DNA from: a virus
Lineage: Duplodnaviria; Caudoviricetes
Reading direction: 5' to 3' (one strand)
Virus record (IMG/VR): IMGVR_UViG_3300020549_000404
Coordinates: 1 to 25,756 of that record
Length of the DNA stretch: 25,756 nucleotides
In this document: one piece after another, positions 1 to 11,000 of the stretch
Position numbering within the stretch: the stretch's first letter is position 1
Layout: each line of letters opens with the position of its first letter
The notes under the pieces: model-generated
Told to the model about the DNA's origin: nothing
The model's database searches: none
Seen by the model: the letters and a program-made list of their open reading frames with translations, nothing else
Translations under genes and position numbers: made by a program

Positions 1-23
1 TCTTGGTGTGGGGCGTAAGACAT
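1..23 (-). CDS. 5' start of a gene running off the left edge (MSYAPHQ...), function unknown
   Basis: ATG at 23-21 is preceded by GGAGA (Shine-Dalgarno, 32-36) with the same AT-rich spacer style as other genes, and a GTGTATTT motif lies upstream at 62-69. Only 7 codons are visible. Confidence 0.55.
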
Positions 24-68
24 ATTATTATTCTCCGTTTATTTTGGGGGTTTCTATAGATAAATACA

Positions 69-740
69 CTAAATAATGTACCAGTTATTACTATTAGAAA
101 CTAAAGTTAATGATGTATTTTTATATCTCATTTCTATATTGGGATTAGAATCTATAAGATTTCCACCTTGAGAAACAATGTTTGCATAATAATTTCCAGT
201 AGAACTTACCATTTTAAATGTTAATGATTTTCCATTCATATCGCTTGCTAGTGGCAAAGTAGCCACCACATTATTTGTATTACAATTTACCAAAACTATG
301 TCATCCAAAGCAGAAATTGAGCTATTTGATGTAATTGTTCTAAAATGCCTAATATTTGATGTTACTATAGTTCCATCTGGCAAAACTATTCCAGCATATG
401 TTCCGTCTGGAGCGATTGCAAAACCTTGAGAATTTAACAAAAAGGCTTTTGATGCAGGATATGTGCAAAATACAACAGATAATCCAACTAAACTAATTCT
501 TTGATTATTATTAGTACTATCTAATATTTCATCTCTTGATAGCGAGTTATTACTAGCTGTATATGTCCCAATACCAATTTCAAAATTTGCGCCATTTTCA
601 ATGGTATAATATGTGGAGTTTCCATTTCCAATACCATCACTAAACGATTGAAATCCAGAAAATGTATCCTGTAATTGGATTTGGAGGCCATTTCCCTCTG
701 TTAAGGTTATTTCTTTTACCCTATCAGCTAGTTTAAACAT
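69..740 (-). CDS. Virion structural / tail-fibre-associated protein
   Basis: The N-terminus (LADRVKE...GFQSF...IGNGN.TYY.I...EIGIGTY...LSR...VFCTYPA) matches a widespread phage fibre N-terminal module. The C-terminus (VATLP...GKSLTFK...IDS...SLTLVS...WYII) resembles proximal tail-fibre repeat domains. Confidence 0.65.
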   Translation of the reverse strand: MFKLADRVKEITLTEGNGLQIQLQDTFSGFQSFSDGIGNGNSTYYTIENGANFEIGIGTYTASNNSLSRDEILDSTNNNQRISLVGLSVVFCTYPASKAFLLNSQGFAIAPDGTYAGIVLPDGTIVTSNIRHFRTITSNSSISALDDIVLVNCNTNNVVATLPLASDMNGKSLTFKMVSSTGNYYANIVSQGGNLIDSNPNIEMRYKNTSLTLVSNSNNWYII

Positions 741-742
741 AA

Positions 743-1201
743 TTAACCCTTTTCTGCTCTATATATAGCAATCTTGATGATTTTTTTTGCAGCGTAGGCA
801 AAAAAGGGTAAATGTCTTTTTTCGGCTTCTTCTTTTAGCCACGCAACTATGGTATCTATATTATTTTTACACCATTCTACCCCTTTATCGTTCATATATT
901 TTGCTTTTCTATTACAAGAACAATTTGGACTAGAATTTATGTTAAACCAAGATAATATCTTTTTTAGTTCTGTTCCAACGCCTTTTCCTAGCTTTTCGTA
1001 CATTTCTGCATCATCTATCTTCTTATAAGATGGATGGTCATAATTTTCTTCTTTTGGTTTTGGATATGCTGGGTGATCTACATCTACTACCCAAATATCC
1101 CCATCTTGTTTTATAACACAGGGCATAACGTCTTCTAAAAGATACCCCCTCTGTTGACATCTAATAATAAGATAATCTTTGTGTACTGTGTATGTCTTCA
1201 T
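743..1201 (-). CDS. Conserved phage hypothetical protein with a CxC motif
   Basis: 152-aa ORF tightly packed in the operon (2-nt and 8-nt gaps). It contains GVGTELKK...CSCNRKA.YMN..G.EWC. Function not assignable. Confidence 0.7.
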   Translation of the reverse strand: MKTYTVHKDYLIIRCQQRGYLLEDVMPCVIKQDGDIWVVDVDHPAYPKPKEENYDHPSYKKIDDAEMYEKLGKGVGTELKKILSWFNINSSPNCSCNRKAKYMNDKGVEWCKNNIDTIVAWLKEEAEKRHLPFFAYAAKKIIKIAIYRAEKG

Positions 1202-1209
1202 ATAATTCC

Positions 1210-2964
1210 CTATGGAATAAATGTAAAAGTATTGCTATATTTTTTCTCTGGACTATTAATGAATACTCTATATTGAGTTAATTCGTTTCTTACTATTGGA
1301 TCATAAACTGTTATTAGTTTATCTGAATCTGCTTCTGTAAGCTGTATAATTCTCGTTGTGCATGAATTGTTAACCACTTTCTCAATAAAATACGTGTACT
1401 TTGTATTATAGTATGTTTTTGCCTTAAAAGTCAATTTGCTTTTATTTAAATTTGGACTTATTGTTTCTTTGACTACAGATAAATTCTGTGTAAATATAAC
1501 CGTATTTGGATGTGGCGTGGTTGTTGTTATTCTATTAATCTCTGATTCTGTATAAAAATCCTCTAAAGGAACGCATATACAAAAATCTAGATTTCCACTA
1601 GTTCCAACACCACTACACGAATGTAAACTACTTATTTGAATGTCTGTTGGTAATTGATCACAACAAGGTTGATTATTATAATCACATATACTATTAAACT
1701 CTAAAATTAATGCGTTGTCATATAAATCTATTTCGCTTTCACTAGTTAAGACTAAAGAGGGCTTGTCTATTAAAGCACTACTTCTAATTTTCGTTTTCTG
1801 ATTTAGGCCACCAAAGAGTTTATGGGCCAATATTTGTTTTGTGTTTTTTTCTTTTATAGTTATTGATATAACATTTTCTATTGATATTCTCTCAAATATA
1901 TTAGAATTAATGTATACCACCAAGTTTTTTGCTGTTACATGATCTTTTATTATGTTGGACACTGTAATAAATTTTTGTTCTCTAAATAGTAGTATTTCTC
2001 TATCATGAATTAAATCAACGTGAGATTCTTGTACATCGTCTTTGATCATTATCTTTAAGCCACGATTAGAATCAAAAAAACTGCCTTTTGGCAAAGTTAC
2101 TATACCGCAGTCACATATATCTAAATTTGTTCTATCAATAATAATTGAAAATGGACTATCTGTAGTTGTAGTGGTTGTTGTAGTTGTGGCAACTACTCTT
2201 GTATATTCAAACGTATCACTAACTATCAAGCCACTTTTTAATACTGCTGATACTGTTATATCATATGGCAAATTGAAAATTGGTAAATTGTTGATATCTA
2301 AATTATAAGTAGTGATGGTATAAGAAACATTAACACTTGATGCAGATTGGCTGTTTTGTATTTTCCACTGTATTCTGTATTTATCTATTTCTGATGAAAG
2401 GATATTTTGAGTAGACCAATTTATACTTAATTGATTATTCACCAAATTATAGCTATTTACTTCTAATACTGGAGCAAGCGTTGTCGTTGTTGTAGTAGTG
2501 GATGTAGGAAATACTATTGGAACTGGTGTTGTTGGTGTTGTTATTGTAGTTGTGGTTGTACTAGTTGTGCTACTTGTTGTAGTGGTACTAGTTGTTGTGC
2601 TACTAGTTGTTGATGTTGTTGTGCTTGTAGTAGTCGTTGTATTGTTATTCTGAGCAATGTTTATAATACCAAACATATTAGAATGAAATTGACATATATA
2701 AAACAACTGACTTGGCGCATCTTGTGGAATTACAAAAGTTAATGTGCCATTTTCTATGCCGTTATTTGTTATTCCATTGTTATATATCTGTGCTGTTCCG
2801 GTTACTGGATTTGTTTTAATCCAAAACGGGTGACCATTTGCAATAATGTTAAAAACTAAAGTATCTCCAACGCTAACGTTAAGTGTGGGATTATCAGAAG
2901 GTAATCCAGTAAATCTATAAGATGTATTCTGGTTATTAATAACAAAATAATTATAAGTAGCCAT
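1210..2964 (-). CDS. Multidomain virion protein: cupredoxin-like N-terminal domain, long Thr/Ser tract, FN3/Ig-like domain, Cys cluster
   Basis: NPTL.V.VGDT..F....GHPF.I...APSQLFYICQFHSNM.G.I (H45, C91, H94, M97), a roughly 35-aa Thr/Ser tract, then LSINW...YRIQWK...YDITVSAV (FN3-like). It lies in the structural block. Confidence 0.65.
   Translation of the reverse strand: MATYNYFVINNQNTSYRFTGLPSDNPTLNVSVGDTLVFNIIANGHPFWIKTNPVTGTAQIYNNGITNNGIENGTLTFVIPQDAPSQLFYICQFHSNMFGIINIAQNNNTTTTTSTTTSTTSSTTTSTTTTSSTTSTTTTTITTPTTPVPIVFPTSTTTTTTTLAPVLEVNSYNLVNNQLSINWSTQNILSSEIDKYRIQWKIQNSQSASSVNVSYTITTYNLDINNLPIFNLPYDITVSAVLKSGLIVSDTFEYTRVVATTTTTTTTTDSPFSIIIDRTNLDICDCGIVTLPKGSFFDSNRGLKIMIKDDVQESHVDLIHDREILLFREQKFITVSNIIKDHVTAKNLVVYINSNIFERISIENVISITIKEKNTKQILAHKLFGGLNQKTKIRSSALIDKPSLVLTSESEIDLYDNALILEFNSICDYNNQPCCDQLPTDIQISSLHSCSGVGTSGNLDFCICVPLEDFYTESEINRITTTTPHPNTVIFTQNLSVVKETISPNLNKSKLTFKAKTYYNTKYTYFIEKVVNNSCTTRIIQLTEADSDKLITVYDPIVRNELTQYRVFINSPEKKYSNTFTFIP
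2521..2640 (-). repeat. Longest coding poly-Thr/Ser low-complexity tract
   Basis: Encodes TTTTTSTTTSTTSSTTTSTTTTSSTTSTTTTTITTPTTPV using mixed ACN codons. Confidence 0.9.
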
Positions 2965-2971
2965 AAATTAC

Positions 2972-5653
2972 CTATGGTAATGGATTAAATTGTGATCCAC
3001 AAGAAATTACATCAATAATTTCATTATGGAATGTTTCCTGACAATCGCCATTACTGTCTTTTGGTAGACATGGGGCAAAAAATTCTGTAATTGTTAGTCC
3101 GCATTCAGATCCATACATATCATCTAATGTTGCATTAACAGAAGCATTATTGTACTCTCTAATAATCTCCATAACCTGTTCATTTGTTAGACCGCAGCAC
3201 GTACTAAATATAAGTTGTTGATAACTATTTGCGCTTGGTGTGCAAGCACCTCCAGCGCCCTCTACGCAGTCTAATACCTGTTGACAAATAATGTATATGG
3301 AATTATCGCATGGTGGAGGAGTAGTGGTAGTTGTAGTTGTTGTTGTTGGAACCGGATCTGGAGATCTTAACTCAAGATCTATCGTTCCGCCACCAACTGG
3401 AACAATTATTGGCACACTTATATTACCATTTATATTTGAAGTTCTGTTTACGGTAATTGGATTTGATCCAGTTAAACTCACCATATCTGCTGGATTTTGA
3501 CTATCTATAAATACTGTTGGTTTGTTATTATCTCGATATTCATATCCACTAAATACCGCATATGAGAAAGTATTAAATGTTAATCCAGCTACTGATGAGA
3601 ATGTGTATGTAGACACTTCGTTATACCCCGCTGGATCTGTATTACTTGGATTATTGAGCGTTACGTTATTTACCTTATTAAGCATATTAACTGTTATGCT
3701 ATACTGTGGTGGTGGAGCGGTTGTCGTAGTTGTATTAGTTGCTCCATTTAGTACAACCGTTGCTAAACCTCCACCGGCTGGCATAGAGGTTAATGTGACA
3801 ACTACTTGTTTTTGATTATTAACATTGTTCATTGTAACATTTATCACATTTGAAGTGGGTATTGCCTGAATATTTTCTAAAACTAGAGATCCGTTTGGAA
3901 TTAAAAAGAAAAATTGTTGTAAATTAATATTATTTTGTGCTTTGTTGATGAACGTCAATTGATTTACTGTAGTTGTTGATTGTGGCACATTATTTTGTAT
4001 AATAACATTGTAAGCAAACTGTGGTGGTGGAGTTGTTGTTGTTGTTCCAAAATATAAAGTTGTGTATACTCTATCATCTCTTTCACTATTTATTATGTCT
4101 TTTCTAAGATAAAGTATTAGAAATACATCTCCACGAACACGTTCATCATTCTCATCTAACTCATTAGGATCTTCTATAAGAAGATAATTAGATACAGTTT
4201 GATTAGCATAAACGCTTGTAACTTGATAATCGTATAAAGAAGAAAATAAATCTGTATTATGTTGAGACGGTTTTATGTTTGATGTTTTTGTGTTCTTTAT
4301 TAAGAATAATCCTCCAACATCTCCAGTAAAACTATAGTTATTGTGGTAAATTATACTTTCCGTGCTAGCCGTTATTGAATAACTAATAGTTCCACCATTA
4401 TTTACTTGCATCCATAAGGCGTTATAATCTCCATGAGTTCCGCCTATAGCAGCAATAGCTGGATTTTCTGCCTTTCCTTCTCCTACAAAGAAATAATCGT
4501 CAAATGGAGTTATTATACCCGTTGGAGCAAATTGGCCCCAAGCTGCCTTAATTGGCCCATTTGCTCTAAAAGAAAATGCTGGTCCAGATCCATCTTTTGG
4601 TCTAGATATAGGAGCAAAACAGTTTACAAAGTCTATTTCTAATGTTTCAACAATTTTATTAAACCTCTGACTCAAAAAATAATCTTCCGCGACAACGTTT
4701 AACAATATTTTTTCTTCATTTTCCATATACTTAGTTAAATATAGATCGTCACCCTCTAGAGCAAAATAATTTTTATAAGGTCCGTCTAAATATAGTTTTT
4801 GAGGTCCACAAGAATTAATCAAATTGAGTTTTCCAATTTTCATTTTAATTTCTTCTGTGGCCGGTATTGCTGTAGTTGTAGTAGTTGTTGTGGTTGTTGT
4901 TGCTGAACCCGATAAATCTGTTGCCCAATAAATTGTGGCATTGTCTTTGGCTTCGTCCATTTGAACAATATGACCAGTAAATGGTGTATCTAGTGCAATA
5001 TTGTTAAGTATAAAAGTTTTAGGAACTGTTGATGATATGCTTTCATCATTCATTGCTTCAACATATAATAATTCAGAAGATTTTGAGAAAACTAGAAAAT
5101 CTTTCTCTATTTTAAGCGGGGATATAGTAAATAATCCAGCAGAAGCATTGTTTGAAAAAGAGAACGATCTTTTAGTTGGAATAGATTGTAATAAATGAAA
5201 CCATTCAGCAATTATTAATCCAGATCCACCACCCACCCTATTAATCAATCTTTGCTGTCTATTGTCTGGCATTTTAACTCCACCGAACGCGCTATATGAT
5301 GGAATTAAAACATAAAGGTTAAAATCTGTATTTTGATCTTGAAAACTTTCTTCTAAATACCAAGGCTCAGATAGTATTACCGAAGAAAAAATTTGTAAAC
5401 TACTCAATAAAGATGCCAACCTGTTATCAAAAATCGTATTAGTTGTTTTGATGATAGAAACAGTTCTTCCGCTATAAAAATATATATTGTTATTTCTTGT
5501 AGCCCACAGACAAGCATTTAAAAACAATCTTACAAATAAAGACTCATTTTCATTGCTAGCTATGTTTTCATAGTTAATAGCCTTAGTGAATGCCGCAACC
5601 TTTCCGCTCCCATACTTCCATCCAGCTAATCCTACGGTTTGTTGTGACATCAT
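2972..5653 (-). CDS. Large putative virion/fibre protein with poly-Thr linkers and a Cys-rich C-terminus
   Basis: 893-aa ORF with an ATGA overlap with the upstream gene, beta-rich segments separated by TTTTT(PPP) linkers, and 10 Cys in the last ~112 aa. Confidence 0.6.
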   Translation of the reverse strand: MMSQQTVGLAGWKYGSGKVAAFTKAINYENIASNENESLFVRLFLNACLWATRNNNIYFYSGRTVSIIKTTNTIFDNRLASLLSSLQIFSSVILSEPWYLEESFQDQNTDFNLYVLIPSYSAFGGVKMPDNRQQRLINRVGGGSGLIIAEWFHLLQSIPTKRSFSFSNNASAGLFTISPLKIEKDFLVFSKSSELLYVEAMNDESISSTVPKTFILNNIALDTPFTGHIVQMDEAKDNATIYWATDLSGSATTTTTTTTTTAIPATEEIKMKIGKLNLINSCGPQKLYLDGPYKNYFALEGDDLYLTKYMENEEKILLNVVAEDYFLSQRFNKIVETLEIDFVNCFAPISRPKDGSGPAFSFRANGPIKAAWGQFAPTGIITPFDDYFFVGEGKAENPAIAAIGGTHGDYNALWMQVNNGGTISYSITASTESIIYHNNYSFTGDVGGLFLIKNTKTSNIKPSQHNTDLFSSLYDYQVTSVYANQTVSNYLLIEDPNELDENDERVRGDVFLILYLRKDIINSERDDRVYTTLYFGTTTTTPPPQFAYNVIIQNNVPQSTTTVNQLTFINKAQNNINLQQFFFLIPNGSLVLENIQAIPTSNVINVTMNNVNNQKQVVVTLTSMPAGGGLATVVLNGATNTTTTTAPPPQYSITVNMLNKVNNVTLNNPSNTDPAGYNEVSTYTFSSVAGLTFNTFSYAVFSGYEYRDNNKPTVFIDSQNPADMVSLTGSNPITVNRTSNINGNISVPIIVPVGGGTIDLELRSPDPVPTTTTTTTTTPPPCDNSIYIICQQVLDCVEGAGGACTPSANSYQQLIFSTCCGLTNEQVMEIIREYNNASVNATLDDMYGSECGLTITEFFAPCLPKDSNGDCQETFHNEIIDVISCGSQFNPLP

Positions 5654-8031
5654 ACACCTACAATCTTATCTCTAGTTCCAAAATCAATCATATAATAGTA
5701 TGTTTGTCCATTAAGCGCCGTAACAGCCCCAACATCACGAAACATAAAATCTGTAATTAGTTTTGAAAAGATATTCTCTTTGTTATTTTGCGTTATGTAT
5801 TGGCTAAACTTAAAAGATGTAAATCCACTAATGGACTCTGAGCCAGCTTTTCCATAGATATTTACGTTGTTCATGTTACATATATAATCTAGTGTTATTG
5901 ACATTTCTATTGTACTTCCTAGTACATTAAATGTATAACTTTGTCCAATCTCATTAATAACTACATTTGGATAAAAAAGTTTATATGTTGTAACATCAAA
6001 ATATGTGTTTTCTTTGACATATAACTTTAAGTTATGATTACTAGCTAAAGAATTTATATATGTTAATGAGTCATCTGAATTTCTTCCAATCTCAAAATAC
6101 ACACCATTATACCAAGGTTTTCCAGAAATTATTAATGTCTGTGAAGTTGTTCCTGTAATTTCTGTTGGAAATGGCTTTGTAGCAAAAAAGATTTGTAATG
6201 GATTTAATAGTCTTTGCGTTAATATTGGTTGAACATCTCTACCGTTTGTAACTGTAAATGGCGCACTATTATATATTGAACTGCATAGCGGTGGTATCGT
6301 AGTAACCGTTGTTGTTGTTGCAGTGGTTGTTGTTGTTTCTGTTGCAGATCCAGTAAATCCAATAGTAGCAATGCTTTGTGGTTTTGGTGGCATTATAAAT
6401 GGAATATCATAATCTACTCTTTTTCTGTCTGATGAAATTACAACTGTGGCAGATTCTTCTTCAATATAAGTAGCATCTACGCCAAATGTAGAGATTAATG
6501 GAGCGTTATAAAAAACATAATTACCAGAACTATAAATACTCAATTTAACAGATCTAGAGGAGTTTTCTGGAGCATAAATAGTTTGTTGTTCTTGATCTAG
6601 CGTTGCATACTCTAATCTTCTGTCTAGAAAATCAAAATCAAATCTAACAAAAGATGGAGATAAAGTTGTTGTTGTGGTTGTTATTGGTATGCCATTTATT
6701 TGTTCTGCTTGACCAAAACCAACGTTATTTTTTGCACTAACTAAAAATAGATAATTTTGTTGATTTGTTAAATTTTCTACCGTGTACGTGTAATATAAAA
6801 CATTATCTATATTTACTGTGCTTAGTTGGCCCACCGGTATTGTTAGTGTGTTCTGTGTAACGTCATTTAATTTAACTTCTATTTTGTAATGTGTGATATT
6901 AGATGTGCCACTATCTGACGGTGCTATCCACCTAAGAGTAACAGCTTGAAATAGATTAATTCTATTTAGTGACTGAACTTTTGAAGGAACTCTTGGAGCA
7001 ATAGTTGTAGTAGTTGTTGGTGGAGGCGTTGTAACTGGTATATATGAAATAATACAGACCCCTTTTCCACCTATCCCGCCATTTCCAGCACCTCCACCAC
7101 CAGTATTAGCCACTCCATTTTTATTATTAGTTCCACCACCACCACCAACGCTTGGTTGTATAATTTGATTTGTAAATGGATCTCCTGCCCCGCCGCCGCC
7201 ATAAGCGTTATATGTTAAGCCGCCATCATAAGTTATTATTGCTCCATCTCCACCCCTACCAGCATTTAAAGATATTCCATTTTCTACTATTGGAACGCTT
7301 TGACCTCTTTCTCCAGCGCCACCACCTCCTCCTCCACCAACATTTCCAATAGAAGCTCCACCGTTATTGCCACCTAGCCCAATTGCACCCAATGAATTAC
7401 TTCTTCCTCCAGCACCACCCCCATTACCGCCCGTTTTAGCATTATTAGTAAATGCAGATCCGCCACCACCACCACCATTAGTTTTTATGCCTATTTTTGG
7501 TATACTAGTATCTTTACCATTAAGACCCGTAAGACCTCCACTACCTATTACAATATCGTAAGATCCCGCTGGAAACTTATATGACGAAAATTTTACTTGA
7601 CCTCCACCGCCACCCCCACCTCCATCAAAAGCTCCACCGCCACCACCACCGGCGACTAATAAAAAGTTAATTTCGGCATAATCAAAATTTTGATTTGGAT
7701 ATGGTACTATAGAAAATACCCCGTCGTTATAGAATTTGTGTACAATTAAATTATTAGTTACAATTTTTTCATTCCCACCAAATGCATTAAAATACATTGG
7801 CGGTTTTGTTGTTTGTATTGTTGGACAAAGTATGTTACTACCACTATTAGGAATAAGAACATATTGCAATAGATCTGCGATATCTTCTGTTATCGGTGGC
7901 GTTGTAGTAACAGTTGTTGTTGTTTGCGTTGTTGTAAACGTTAAATATGGACGATCTTGTGGCGCTGATCTTACTCTTCTAGATCTTTGTTCTTCACGAA
8001 AACATCCTGTTGGTTCGCAATTCGAAGCCAT
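5650..8031 (-). CDS. Virion fibre protein with glycine-rich domain, fibronectin type III domain and poly-Thr linkers
   Basis: HKF...G.F...LLVAGGGGGG...GGGGGGG...IVIGSGG...GGKGVCIISY is a typical phage Gly-rich fibre domain. VPSKV..L...VTLRW.APSDSG.S.ITHYKI...YTVENLTN...Y.F.VSAKNNVGFG is a clear FN3 domain (about 6690-6990). Confidence 0.75.
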   Translation of the reverse strand: MASNCEPTGCFREEQRSRRVRSAPQDRPYLTFTTTQTTTTVTTTPPITEDIADLLQYVLIPNSGSNILCPTIQTTKPPMYFNAFGGNEKIVTNNLIVHKFYNDGVFSIVPYPNQNFDYAEINFLLVAGGGGGGAFDGGGGGGGGQVKFSSYKFPAGSYDIVIGSGGLTGLNGKDTSIPKIGIKTNGGGGGGSAFTNNAKTGGNGGGAGGRSNSLGAIGLGGNNGGASIGNVGGGGGGGAGERGQSVPIVENGISLNAGRGGDGAIITYDGGLTYNAYGGGGAGDPFTNQIIQPSVGGGGGTNNKNGVANTGGGGAGNGGIGGKGVCIISYIPVTTPPPTTTTTIAPRVPSKVQSLNRINLFQAVTLRWIAPSDSGTSNITHYKIEVKLNDVTQNTLTIPVGQLSTVNIDNVLYYTYTVENLTNQQNYLFLVSAKNNVGFGQAEQINGIPITTTTTTLSPSFVRFDFDFLDRRLEYATLDQEQQTIYAPENSSRSVKLSIYSSGNYVFYNAPLISTFGVDATYIEEESATVVISSDRKRVDYDIPFIMPPKPQSIATIGFTGSATETTTTTATTTTVTTIPPLCSSIYNSAPFTVTNGRDVQPILTQRLLNPLQIFFATKPFPTEITGTTSQTLIISGKPWYNGVYFEIGRNSDDSLTYINSLASNHNLKLYVKENTYFDVTTYKLFYPNVVINEIGQSYTFNVLGSTIEMSITLDYICNMNNVNIYGKAGSESISGFTSFKFSQYITQNNKENIFSKLITDFMFRDVGAVTALNGQTYYYMIDFGTRDKIVGV

Positions 8032-8043
8032 TATACATCCTCA

Positions 8044-11000
8044 TTAGGGAGCGCCGGTTATAGATATTGGTCTATATTCATTATTTACCTTAATGGCAAT
8101 GACATAATCTCCCTTACGAACATTTAGATAAGGATCTCTCAAAACTATTTCTATCAAATTTGCTTGTGGCGGATTAGCTGGAGCGTTAACAAATGTATTA
8201 TTTTGAACTATTTTCTTACGCACAAAGAACTTGAGAGGTTGATCTGTAAATGAATTTGGTAGATCTGAAGGTCTAATATCTGCTTCTACTATACCTTCAA
8301 TTATCAAATCATCAAATTTTGTCTTTAAGGTATTCAGCTCTGAATAATTTTGCGTTATCGTATTATTTATTGTGCTAACATTTCCTTGTAATGTGCTAAT
8401 TGTCTCCAAAAAGCTAGCATCATTTATTGATGTGTTGTTTGAAAAACGTATGCTTCCTTTTACTCTTAAATCGCCATTAATTTGTGCATACGGCCTAGAT
8501 GATGATGCAAAGTTCTCTGTATTTGTTAGTGGCGCGTTATTATGATTTAATATTACAAGAGAGTTTTCTTGGTCATTGCTTCCACTAAACTTAATAGAAA
8601 ATGAAGATCCACCATTCTGTGACGCATTATCTTTTACTAGTAAGTAATTAGTATATAGATTAGTATATTTTGTTGCTGTTTCTTTAAGTCTTAAATATCC
8701 ATTAACATTTAGATGTTTATTAGATACTAAGCTGCCTTCTAGCAATGGAGTTGTATCATATCCCAATAAGAACGTTTCAGAATATGTTCCAGTTTGTGCT
8801 AAATTACTACCTATAAAAATATTTTTTGATTGAGTTGTTACAGCTAGCCCATTATTAGAACCGACAAAGACATTTGTTGATCCTGTAGTTACATTTTTAC
8901 CAGCACGATAGCCAATAGATGTATTATCGTCACCGGTTGTTAACTTCGATAATCCTTCATATCCTATAGATGTATTTCTAACTGTAGAACTTGTTAAGTT
9001 TGTTCTTAATTCTGGAGATCTAATGCCACCAAATGTATTACCTAGATCATCAAGACTTAAAGGCTTATCAACTATAGAACCGTCTGCGCTAGATGCTGTT
9101 AGGTCAACTGTAAATAAATTACCGCTACTATCTAAAAATGATAATGTTGAAGACTGTAACTCATTGTCTTCTAAATGTCTTACAAATAAATATCCATATC
9201 CAGATACCGCAACTGGAACACCGCTAGATTCATGAAATGCTATATTAGCTTCTGTATTATCTTCACTACCTATCGACATCATTGCGTTGATTGTGTTCTT
9301 ATTCAATATGTGTATAGTGCCATCGTCATCATTAATCGTCAATGAATCGCTAGTAACACCATCGTTGTATGTTGTAACATACATAGACCCACTATTCTTA
9401 ATGTATTCAAATGATATTCCATAATGTAAGCAATTTTCCGCTCCTAACAATTGTATTCCAGCTTTACTATCATTATTATTTTCTGCTGTTATTCTAGCGA
9501 TGGCGTTTCCAGTGCTTCTAATATTGAATATTGTATCTGGAAGCATTGACTCAGCATAATTAAAGTTACTTATACCAACATAACCCTCTGTCTCGTCTTG
9601 CATAAGAGTAAAGCATCTTTTTGCAAATGAGGTATTATTGTATGATGAAATTATATATCTGTGTGGCCTTTGCCCAACTTGCTCGTTAAAGAAGTTTGGT
9701 GGTTCTAAAAACGAATTAGCAATATATCCAGTTTTAAATCCTGTTACAATCTCAGATCCAAGATTATCTAAGTTGTAATTACTAGTATTAGTCAAAAACT
9801 TAGTAAATAAGTTAACTCCAGAATGTGGAGATTGTATAGATATTTCATATGGATTCAACTGACCGCTAGCGCATACAAAGTTTATATCGCCAATACCAAC
9901 TAAAGTGTTTGGTGTATCTATATCATTTTCTTGTGCCAAATAAACAGTACCACTATTAATAAATAATCCTAATCCATCTTCATAAGTAACTAATGCTATT
10001 TTTTCTTTATTTATTACTCTATCTGTTTTAACATGCCTACCCTCTTCAGTTTGAATACTAATATTACTAAACCAAGAATTTCTACTATACTCATCATCAA
10101 CAGATAAATTATCCCACGAAGAATCGCTAGATCTAAATGTAAATTCGTAATTTCTCAAATAATCTAAACCGCTGGCACCTATTTCAAATCCAGCGCCGTT
10201 CAATTCTTCGTCTAATAAATATGGTTGTGGTTCTTTATACGACCCGCTTGCTACAAAATGATCATATAGAGATGTTGCCCCACCGCCGTCTATAACTGTA
10301 ATATCTCCAGTAGACGCCAAGAATAATGTTTTATGTCTATAGTGTTCATGTTCTTGGGCTTGATATTTTTTAAAGTGTCCAACTCCGTCACAATACAAAT
10401 TGTAAGTATATGCATTAAGCCATCTATCTCTAGTATCTCCAAGATTAAATACAACATCTGTCTTTGGCAATACATGTCCACTTGCTAAAATTCTTCCAAT
10501 TGTATTTACCGGTCCAGTTGTCACTGCACCTTTTAGCGTCGAAACTCCGCTAACAACAAAATTATCAACTACATTCAAGCTTCCGTCAATATCTAATGTA
10601 TTACTAAGAAAAAATCTATTTGAGTTATAAACAAAGTTATTTGCTTCTGGAAATACTATAGACGAATAAAGATATAAGTTATTAAAACGAAAATTATTTG
10701 ATCCAAGATTATAACTATTGGTTACGTGTGGTATTGTATGACCACCTATTTGTAGCGTGGCACCTTCGTGTAGATCACGAATACCTATACCTAATCTCAA
10801 GTTATTAGAAGATAAATCTCCTTTTAACAATGGTTTTAGTCCAGATCCTAGCGGATTGGCACAAATAAAAGATGAATCAACTGGATGTGCTGCTACGAAA
10901 AATTGATAATCTATATCTCTATCAACATAATAACCAGCACCATGACCTAGGGCGATGTTGAAATTGCCCTCTTTATTATTAGATAATGCAAAACTTCCTA

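Noticed and set aside
69-2974. Possible TAG stop-codon recoding, since three structural genes end in TAG
   Set aside because: The following genes start out of frame shortly after the TAG, and coding density is already near complete under the standard code.
2042-8047. Plus-strand ORFs with poly-Val or poly-Pro runs (2042..2308, 3291..3500, 3522..3815, 7367..7561, 7736..8047) that look like membrane proteins
   Set aside because: They are antisense shadows of poly-Thr and poly-Gly codons and lie almost entirely within long minus-strand genes.
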